Below, one piece after another: positions 1 to 11,500 of a stretch of DNA of 64,000 bases. The notes beneath the pieces are model-generated. The model saw only the letters and a program-made list of their open reading frames with translations. It did no database searches and was not told the origin of the DNA. Source of the DNA: Octopus vulgaris (Eukaryota). The stretch covers positions 26,102,001 to 26,166,000 of the forward strand of contig OX597822.1 in assembly GCA_951406725.2 (NCBI GenBank), in the 5' to 3' direction. Each line of letters opens with the position of its first letter. Positions within the stretch are counted from its first letter, which is position 1. A program made the translations under genes and the position numbers.

Positions 1-430
1 TATGGGCTTCTCATCACTCCAAACGTTAATAAAACAACAGTGCCCCAGTATATCCACAACCAACTTGGTTGACCAGATTAAAGGAGAATAATAACACTTC
101 ACAACAATTTCAACTATGAAAGGAAGTTTTTGCTCTAATTTCTAGCAGCTTGTGAGAGCGAAAAGTGGCATAGGGAACCTCTATGCGCTTCCTCAACGAG
201 AGATGTAGCAGTAAAATCTGCCACAAATCGATCTACAGTCTTAAGAAATACAGATACCAAAGACCACACATTAGACAATGCAGTCGTAGATATAAATAAG
301 AAAAGATGGGATGGTCATTACTGGAAAGCCTAGGCCTAGTTGATCGCGGCTGATCTGGCTTTAAACAAAAGCAACTCCCAACAAACTGAACTAAATATAA
401 CACAACTAAGATGGCACAGAGATAAGTACG

Positions 431-504
<74 letters not shown>

Positions 505-517
505 GCTGCTGCTGTTG
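431..517. repeat. compound (CTA)n(CTG)n trinucleotide microsatellite
   Basis: Directly visible; intronic, about 20 bp from the exon 4 donor. Confidence 0.95.
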
Positions 518-538
518 CTATAGGAAACCAGTACTTAC

Positions 539-613
539 AATGGGTCAAAAGAATGTACTTCACATCCATAGTATGCATCCATCTCAACATCAAAACTTGA
601 GTCAAGACCAATT
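539..613 (-). CDS. METTL24: copy A exon 4 ([24 protein letters not shown])
   Basis: CAACAG acceptor, GTAAGT donor, 75 nt. Confidence 0.9.
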
Positions 614-1496
614 CTGTTGAAAGACAATATGTATATGATATTTATGTATGTTTGCGTATTGTGTGTGTGTGTGTGTGCATGTGTCACTTTTTCTTGACTT
701 GGCATGATAGGTGTAAACAAGTATCACTGTCATACAAGCGGTGTCTTTTATTTTCATTCTTCTGTGTAAAAATGCCTGGGAATAAGGAAATAATACCTTA
801 CCTGGAAATGGTTAAGGGCTAAGAACATCTAATGTACAAAATTTGCATACATACATATAGGCACAGGAGTGGCTGTGTGGTAAGTAGCTTCCTTACCAAC
901 CACATGGTTCCGGGTTCAGTCCCATTGCGTGGCACCTTGGGCTGAAAGAAGCCCGTCGTATATATGCGTATATATGAGTGTGTGTTTGTGTGTCTGTGCT
1001 TGACAACCGATGTTGGTGTGTTTACGTCGCCGTAACTTAGCGGTTCGGCAAAAGAGACCGATAGAATAAGTACTAGGCTTACAAAGAATAAGTCCTGGGG
1101 GCCGATTTCCTCGACCAAAGGCGGTGCTCCAGCATGGCCGCAGTCAAATGACTGAAACAAGTAAAAGAGTAAAAGAGTAAAAGTGTACATACGTATACAC
1201 ACATACATTTCGTTTTTGGATTTAGTTTGCAAGATTCTTTATGTGAGTTCGTGTATTGAAGCATATTTTGTTGTGTCTGGGAAAACTGATTCTCTATTTA
1301 GTTTCCACTCGTTTATTTCTTTATTTTTACTAAAAATTTTCGTGGCGGCTTGCAACTTTTTCAATTGTCGTTGACTCTGTTATCCGAGATGCGTTCTTTT
1401 TGTTTGTTTGTGCGCGCATGTGTGTGGGTCAGTGTGCGTGTGCATACACATATGTATTTATGTAAGTAAGCATGTGTGTATGTATGCATATATATA

Positions 1497-1529
<33 letters not shown>

Positions 1530-1546
1530 ATATGTATGTATATATA

Positions 1547-1642
<96 letters not shown>

Positions 1643-2341
1643 AATTGGAAGGTTTGGAGATGATGTACGGGTATTATATATTAGAAGAAATGAGGTACTC
1701 AGAAAATCGGACGATTTATATTTACAGATATTTATTTGTATATTACATTTTTTTAAATATATCATACTAGCAGTATCACCCGGCGTTGCTCGGGTTTGTA
1801 AGGGAAATAACTATATAAGCATTTTTAGAGAGTTACTTCCCTTATAGATGCCAATTCGGGCTTTCTTAGCCATTTCTGTTTTGGTGTCTTCAAGCCATGA
1901 AGTCGTTGTTCTAAAAGAATGCTGGTCTCCTTGACAACGCTTTACGCCGTTGATTTCCTTACACTCCCTTCCCCACAGCTTCACGAGGGAGGGAAGAAGG
2001 GGAGAAGCAAACAGGTGCAGGTGTGACCATGGACGCCAACTCCGCCGCCATCGACACACGAAAAATTATGCATTAAAATGGAATAAAAATGATGTTAAAT
2101 TATTTTTAAAATCGTAGACTCATCGTTGACGCGCGCTAATACTCAGACGGGCTCGATATGAATCACGACTATAAGATACCCGAATTTGGTTAAACTGCAT
2201 CGCAAAATGTGGGAGTAGTTAGGAATCTAAATCGAAGGGGACAGACACTCACACAACTACAGTTTTATATATATAGATAACTTAGATCATGTATTAGCGC
2301 TTTCTCCCATTCTAGTGGGGTTTTCAAATCAAACTAAGTTG

Positions 2342-2406
<65 letters not shown>

Positions 2407-2462
2407 ACGTATGTATGTATGTAAGCATGTGTGTATGTATGCATGTGTGTGTATGCATATAT

Positions 2463-2530
<68 letters not shown>

Positions 2531-4237
2531 GTATGTGTGTGTGTACGTTTGTATGCATGTATTCTGCATGTTCATGTGTTTGTGTGTTTGCATGTCTGAG
2601 TGTGTCTGAGTATGGGGTTTTGTGACTATGTACGTGCGTCTGTTATGTTTGGATGTGTGTCTCCATATGTGCCCTTGTGTGAAGTAGCACACTCAGACAT
2701 ACACACACAAGGAGACAGAGGTACACACACACACACACACACACATACACACACATACACACACACACATAAAATCACATACACACGAACACACAAACAC
2801 ATGAATATGCCGAATACATACATACAAACGTACACACATACATACATATATGCATGTATACACATACACACATACATACATACATTCATACATACATGTA
2901 TACTTATGTGTATGCGCACGCACACTGACCCACGCACATGCGCACAAACAAACAAAAAGAATGCAACTCAGAGAACGGTCAGAATCAACGACTATTGAAA
3001 GGGTTGCAGGACGCAGCGAAAATTTTGAAAAAAATAAATTAGTAAATTAAGTGGAAACAGAACCGGTGAGTGTGTTAAATAATAAGGTACAAAATAGAAT
3101 GACTCTCCCCAGACACAACAAGGTCTAGAATCAAAAGGCTTTAGTATGCTTCGCTGGATGTGCAATGTCAGTGTGCATGTACGACAGAGTGTAAGTAATC
3201 TTGAGAGAAAAATTGAGCATAAGAGGTATCACAGTGTGGCGAGCAAGAGAGATGACTGCGCTGGTATGGTCATGTAATACGTGTGGACGAGGACAGTTGT
3301 GTGAAGTGTCAATATTGGAGGGAACTTGTGAAAGAGGTACACCCAGGAAGACATGGGACGAGGTAATGAAGCATGATTTTCGAACATTGAGGCCTCATGG
3401 AGACAATGACAAGTGACCGAGATCTTTGGCGATATACTGTGCTTGAGAAGACTTGTCGAGCCAAGTGAAATCGCAGTTGTGGCTGACGCCAGAGTCGTGT
3501 AACTGGTACTCGTGAAAGGCGGCAAGCTGGCAGAAACGTTAGGGCGCCGGCGAAATGCGTAGCGTATTTCGTCGGCCGTTACGTTCTGAGTTCAAATTCC
3601 GCCGAGGTCGAATTTGCTTTTCTTCCTTTCGGGGTCGATTAGATAAGTACCAGTTACGCACTGGGGTCGATAATATAATCGACAATCCGTTTGTCTGTCC
3701 TTGTTTGTCCTCTCTGTGTTTATCCCCTTGTGGGTAATAAAGAAATAGGTGCTCGTGTCAATGGCATGTAAAAAGTACCTGCAGACGCTAGGTGATATAC
3801 TGTGCTTGAGAAGACCCGTCGGGCGAAATGTATTCGTAATCGCGTTCTGATGTCAGTATCGCATATGTGGCAGCCGCGCCGTTAGCACGTAAAAAGCACC
3901 CTTCTAACTTTGGGTTCCACGGAGGGAGTGACAAGTGGCTGAGACTTTTGGCAATATACCGTGATTGAGAAGACCTCTCAAGTCAAATGAGATCGTAGTC
4001 GTAGTCGATGCCGATGTTTCATGGCTGGCATCCGTGCCGGTGGCACGTAAGCATCCACTGCACTCTTGTAATGGTTGACATTAGGAAAGGCATCCAGGAG
4101 TAGAAACCATGCCAAGTCAGATTTAAATTTGGTGCAGTCCCCCAGGTTACCAGGTTTCTCTTAAACCGTCCAACCCATGCCAGCATGGAAAACAGACGTT
4201 AAATGATTATGATGATGATGATGATGATGATGATGAT

Positions 4238-4280
<43 letters not shown>

Positions 4281-4334
4281 CATACATATATATATATGTA
4301 TGTATGTATGTATGTATGCATGCATGTATGTATG

Positions 4335-4404
<70 letters not shown>

Positions 4405-6190
4405 ACACACAAATATACAGTACATATATGTATACACACACATGTATATATATATAAATATATATGCATATGCATACATATACACACACATACTTATAAT
4501 CATTCAGAGATATACAAAGTTTAAAATATAAAAATATCTCAATCATTGATAAAGGCAGTAGAAATTCATTTACCCAAATGCATACACCAAGCAAGGCTTC
4601 GTAGGATGATATCCATTATCCATACAAACATTCCATCCTCCGTCTCCATGAGAACCAACGCGGGCTATTTTGTTACACTTCACCTGAATTTGGCTCATGA
4701 ATCTAAAGTAATATTCAACAAATAAATTATTGATTTTTCTTTTACATGGACACAAGGACATGATTATAAAAGGCTGACAAGAGACATGAAGTGAAACAAC
4801 TACAACTGGGAATGAAAAGCTGCATTATTTGCTTCACTCTGTGAAAGGTTGTTGCTTCTACTCTACAACATTAAACAGACTGACAGAGAATCGCAGTGGA
4901 AACTGTGTAATAGTTCCTCATAGACCATGGAATTTGTTCTGGCTATTGTGTTTTTACATCAAGTCATACCAAAATCAATTTTGCTTTCCATTTTTTAAAG
5001 GTTGATAAATTACAGCACCATTCCTGTATAACAGACTGGAAGAATTTCAAAGTGTTAGATGAGATGCTTAGTGGGATTTATGAGGGACCTTTGCATTTTG
5101 AGTTCTTAGGTGAATTGGTTTAACAATACCACCATCTATTCTTGAGGTGCTTTAAATTGAATTTTCTCTGTTACAAGCATTTTTTCCAGGTTCTCAATTT
5201 GAGATAATTTACCCTCTTCCTTTCTAGCTTAGGTTGGGTAGTTTGACAAGTTCCAATGGATTCAAGGACTGTATCGTGCTCCGATGGCTGCCTTGGCATG
5301 GTTTGTACAGCTGCATGCCCATCCTAATGCCAAATAGCACAAAAAGAAAAAAGAAAGGTAAAAACAAAACAGAGTTCGCTTCGTAAAGCTGAGGCGTAGA
5401 GATTGTTTTATGTTCAGGTTTCAAGAATATTTAACGAAGCAGACGAAATGAAAAGGCGGCGAGCTGGCAGAAACGTTAGCACGCCGGGCGAAATGCTTAG
5501 CGGTATTTCGTTTGCCGTTATATTCTCAGTTCAAATTCCGCCGAGGTTGACTTTGCCGTTCATCCTTTCAGGGTGGGTCGATTAAATAAGTACCAGTTAC
5601 GCACTGGGGTCGATATGATCGACTCAATCCGCTTGTCTGTCCTTGTTTGTCCTCTCTGTGTTTAGCCCCTTGTGGGTAGTAAAGAAATAGGTATTTCGTC
5701 TGCCGTTACGTTCTGAGTTCAAATTCCGCCGAGGTCGACTTTGCTGTTCATCCTTTTGGGGTCGATTAAATAAGTACCAGTTACGCACTGGGGTTGATAT
5801 AATCGACCTAATCCGTTTGTCTGTCCTTGTTTGTCCTCTCTGTGTTTAGTGAGTAGTAAAGAAATAGAAATGAAACAGCTCCAATTAGGATTGTAATCAG
5901 TGTGTCTTGAACTTAATTTCTTCTTCGAAAAATTCAGCATAATTCCAGTTGATAAAAAATATTGATTTATCTGTTACTAATTCATATGAATATTGGGTAG
6001 TTCTTAGGCTGAGTTAGAAACCCAGTTTAACACCACAACCTTCTCCTTGGTTGCCCTTACTCTGTTTAAACATTCAGTCCAGATGTACCAGTTTCTCCTT
6101 GTGCCAGGTTAATCCTGAATGAACAGAGCAATGCTCAAAGGCATTCAAGCCGTGAATAATTTGTCTTTATTTATATGCACTTAATATTAC

Positions 6191-6244
<54 letters not shown>

Positions 6245-8210
6245 GAAAACTCACAGCTGCCAACATGGCTGAAAAAGATCGGTGTAAGTGTGAAGGTAGA
6301 ACACCTACAAAATCACCATTGCTTGGAACTGCAAGAATTCTGTAGGCGCAAGAGTGGCTGTGTGGTAAGTAGCTTGCTTACCAACCACATGGTTTCGGGT
6401 TCAGTCCCACTAGGCAAAAGTCTTCTACTATAGCCACGGGCCGACCAAAGCCTTGTGAGTGGATTTGGTAGATGGAAACTGAAAGACGCCCATCGTGTAT
6501 ATATGTGTGTGTGTATGTGTGTGTGTGTGTGTTTGTGTGTCTCTGTTTGTCCCCTCCACCATCGCTTGACAACCGATGCTGGTGTGTTAACGTCGCCGTA
6601 ACTTTGGCAAAAGACGATAGAATAAGTACTATGCTTGCAAAGAATAAGTCCTGGGGTTGATTTGTTGGACTAAAGCCGGTGCTCCAGCATAGCCGCAGTC
6701 AAATGACTGAAACAAGTAAAAGAATAAAAGAATAAGCTTATATTGCTGGGTATGATGGAAAGTGCCAGGTGTCCACAGCAAGCAGATTAAGGTGACACTT
6801 GTTTCCTGGTCATGCTTCAAGAACCCTGCGAAGAATTCTTGCAGTTCCAAGCGCTAGTGATTTTGTAGGTGTTCTACCTTCACACTTGCACCAATCTTTT
6901 TCATCTATGTTGTTAGTTGAGTGCCGATACTTCCAAGTGCACCAATTACTATTGGTATCACGTCTACTCTCTTAATTAACCACAACCTTCATATTTCCCA
7001 ATTTAAATCGTCGTAGTTGTTTATTTTTTTCTTCTTCTTTCACATTAATCTTGTTGTCGATAATCATACATGTTCTTTCTTTTTTATTCACCACAGCAAT
7101 GTCCGGTTTCCTATGTCTGGTCAGGTGATTGCACTAGATCGTTACATCCCACAGGATTTTGCAGTTTTTATTGTCGGTGACTCCCTCTGGGGTTTGTTCA
7201 TACCACGTCTCTGCTTTTTGTAGGCCGTGATTTCCACAGAAATTATTATCATATCTATAAAAGGGAGGATGTGTGTGCGTGTGTGTGTGTACGTGATTGT
7301 AATTTATGCACATCCACAAATTAGCATGCATGTGCTCAAATTTTAGGAGGACATTTATCAACAACCTATCTGGGTTTTGTCAACTTATTTTTTTCCCGGG
7401 GCACCCGCGGATAGGGTAAAAATCTATTTTCGACTATTTTCAGCCATAGCTTTTAACCATAACAAATATCAGCCATTACTTTTTGATGGCGTCTAACAAA
7501 AAAAAATAAGATAAAGAAAAGTGGAAGAAGGAGGCAGAGTTTCACGGGAAACACAAAGTGAGAGATGGAGAGAGAGAGTAAGTGACTATGTTCATAAAAA
7601 AAAATGTAAAATGTTTTTGTTTTTTGTTTTTGAAAGGCACACTATATTTTATAATCACACAACAATTACAATATATTTATTTTAAATCATTTATTTATTT
7701 TAAATCATTCATCTTTCTTCCCCCTCTATCTCTCTCACACATTACATTGGGTGTGAAAGAGTTTTGTTTTTATTTTACGCCGAGTAAAAAAGTGTTTTGT
7801 TGACAATCCATTTATTTAACAACAAAGAAACAATGAGGTGAATAACAATTTGTCAGTGAATTACACAATATAAATGGGTACAATTTGCGAAGCTTCCGCC
7901 ACACCCCACTCCGTTTCACGGACCACAAAAAGAGTTTTGATGCCAGAGTAGTTGACTCCATGCAAAAAAAACGTTTTTTTTTTCTTAATGAAAATTGTGC
8001 AAGTGTTAATCTACAAATTTAACATTTTTTCCATTCATTTCTGTTTATGAACATGTATGCGTGCACAAAACATGCAATAGGTGTACGTACGTACGTGTGT
8101 GTATGTGTGTTCGTGTCTGTTGCCCATATATATCTATATTATATTATATATATATAATATATACTATATATATCTATATTATATTATATATATATAATAT
8201 ATACTATATA

Positions 8211-8293
<83 letters not shown>

Positions 8294-8434
8294 TGTATGT
8301 ATGTATGTATAATATAACTAATTTCAACGGGTTTTGCCCAAATTTGACGTCTATATTAGTTTGGTTTGAAATAAAGAACTTGATTAGCTTAATAATCGTA
8401 ACTTAATCCCGGGCAAGGCCGGGTTATACTGCTA

Positions 8435-8509
<75 letters not shown>

Positions 8510-11500
8510 GAGTAAGAGAGCATTTCATGCCATCAAAGTGACACAGAGATACAAATATACAAAGCCAAATATACCCATCATGGCTACCCGTCTGAAAAGG
8601 GTACACCAGGCACATGCATTACAAGCATATGTGCACGACATAGTGATCTCATGTCAAGATAAATAGCGCACAACGTTGCATGTGGAACCCAGTTAGAATT
8701 TTCTTCAGGTTGAGTAGCCCATCCTACTCAAAAGATCCCTGAATAAGGTTTGTTTAAGGATGATGGTCAAAAATCCCATGTTTCCAGGGGTGAATTATTC
8801 AAACCCCAAAGAATTCCTCTCAACACATGACTATGATGCTCCCCCACTACGTCTGCTCGCGATCAGAGATGCACATATCGTCAGCCACTAAGGGACATGC
8901 TCAACTGGTTAAGGTCAAGCAATTGACAAGCAAATTTATAGTATTGAGCAGAATAATTGCTGTAGCACTTCTTTTATATCGGGACAAAATAGGATATGGG
9001 AACTACAGTGAAGGCAAAAGTGTTGCATTCGCAATTTAAAGATTGTGGCTTCGATACCCACACCAGGTGGTACATTATGTTCTTTAGTAAAACGTTTTAT
9101 TTGACATTGTTTCAGTTCACTCAGCTGTAAATGATTTCCAACAATATCTGGAAAGTTAACTCTATGGCAGACTGACAACCCATTCAGAGACAATGTTGTA
9201 TTTTCAGAAATATTAAATTTCTAAATATCTCATAGAGATATGTACGGTGGTGGAGCGATAGAATGGTTGTATACTGTCAATTTAACGTGACAGTAGGGGA
9301 TTACACCACCGCTGTTTAGCCCTAGGAAGCATCGACGCCTCCTGATGGTTTCGACACATTTTTTCCTGTGTCCTTATATATTTACGAAGGGGAGACAAAT
9401 ACCCCCAGCAGCCAGGCCTGCATCTACAGACACGCATGTTTCAGGATCTTTCTCCATCATCGGTCTAGAGTAGCAGAAGCCCGCCAGCCGCAGATGAATC
9501 TTTATTATAGGCACAATGGCCCGAATGAAGAGGGGACATAATAATACAGGACATGGGGTACATATAACAAAAATACAAAAAGGATGGTATGACAATGAAA
9601 TATTTATAATGAATTAAATGGAATGGCTTACAAGCCCCGCAAAGCTCGCAGTTTCATTTACAATTACAATTGTGCTATCCGGGGCGTTCATCCGTAATGT
9701 AATCCTCCTGTTCTATAACACCTGGCAAACTGTCATATCGAATGTATTGCATTACGCCTACAGCTATATTTGAATACACATTTATTAATTTCATTACTGT
9801 CTCTCTTTCTACAATTGCCGCCTTTATTTGGTCATCGAATATCTTCGGGTTCAGTTTTACTCTAGTTAGATTTTTCATATTCGCTAATTTCTTCTCAATT
9901 TCTTTGTCCTTTTTGTACAACATTATAGCTTTGAGATTTCTTCGTTTTGGCCTTCATCCTTCCTTACATATTTTCAGTTGTTCTTCCATTTTTCTTTCCC
10001 ATTCTTTCTCTTCCTCCCACATTGAAACTTCACTCACTTTCGTTTCTGTATCTCTCTCTTCGTGCGTTCGATCCTCTATCTCGTCGGTAGACTTCTTTTT
10101 AGCTTTTTTCTTTTTTTGTGCTTTGGGTGGTGATTCCACCCGCGTTCTCTTTCTATCCTCTTTTTCTTCTGTTCTTTCCTTTTCTTTCTCCTTCACCAAC
10201 TCGTCACCACTTTCCACATTATCTGTAGTCACGATTTCCTCTTCCGCTTGCAATTCCACATTCGCCTTTTGTAACTCCTCTGTCAAAGCCTCCAGTATTA
10301 TCGTTTTCTCTTGTTCTTCTCTTAGCGGATACATATCCTTCATATGGCCTCTACTTTTACATTTGTAACACACTGGGGGGTCTCCCCTCCACCACGACTC
10401 TGAGACGTGTCTCGTCGGGGAACACCAACTCCTCTGGGATGTTATACAGGTCTGGCATGGTTATTTGAACCAAAGCCTGCACCGCATAACCCCACCAATT
10501 TATTTCTTTCGACTTTTCTACCTTCAGTATGTCGACGCTCTCTTTGCAGTTGAATATTATTGCCGCTACAATTCTTTCCGTGTCCAGTTCCGGTAAAATT
10601 TTACTAATCCGTATTCTCACTGCTCTTTTTCCACAATAGCTAGGTAGTAACACCCATTTTTCGGATTTCAATACTGTCGTGGCGTTTCTTTTCGCTTCGT
10701 CTTCGTTTTCAAAACGAACGTCTACTGTCGCGTATTTTCTACCTCTATTGTAGAAGGTAGTTTTTCCTTTAATTTTCCTTCTCGATTTCTTCCACCTCTG
10801 CTACTTCTATTCTCTTCGAAACCACACTCCACGTTCTGTACGTTATAATTCTCTTCCCAGCTTCTTTCACCTCGTCTTCAGGTGGTGTGACCCTCAGACA
10901 ATCACCTTCCTTCTTGAAGCTGTCGTAGTACTTCCTCAAACTCTCCTTCTCGATAACTATTTCTTCCAACTGTAGTACGGATGAACGCCCCGGATAGCAC
11001 AATTGTAATTGTAAATGAAACTGCGAGCTTTGGGGGGCTCGTAAGCCATTCCATTTAATTCATTATAAATATTTCATTGTCATACCATCCTTTTTGTCCC
11101 CTCTTCATTCGGGCCATTGTGCCTATAATAAAGATTCATCAGCGGCTGGCGGGCAGTGTTTGTGTCGGTTATTTTGTATTACGGTTATTGTGCATTGCGG
11201 TTGGAAGTTGGATTTTGTTGTTGGAAGTTGTTATGGCCCGGTGAATTGTTGGAGTTTTTGTTGGGTATGCAAGCCCAAACTTATGCGGGAGCAGCAGGCA
11301 AAGGCCTGGCTGCGAGCGAACTACAGGCCTCTATGGAGAGATTTAAACCCGGTTTCATTAAAAGACGTAACCTGACTTTATGGCAGAAGGAGTGCCGACA
11401 GGCACTCTGGCTGATCCACAAGGTGGGCAAGGCCGGCAGCGGGAATACCATCTCGATGTTCTATAGAGGGCTGGTAGAGGCAAAAAATGACAACGTCCTA

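Noticed and set aside
336-611. Poly-Ala/Val/Thr ORFs
   Set aside because: Trinucleotide repeat in an intron; only 539-613 is coding, in a different frame.
1361-3050. Many ORFs reading YIYI, CVCV or THTH here and throughout the window
   Set aside because: Translations of (TA)n, (TG)n and (TATG)n microsatellites.
4703-4761. [20 protein letters not shown] as a conserved N-terminus (also 47161-47219)
   Set aside because: Intron read-through upstream of the AG acceptor; the identity is explained by the conversion tract.
9742-10368. 208-aa Ser/Phe-rich plus-strand ORF
   Set aside because: Antisense shadow of the Glu/Lys-rich LINE ORF1.
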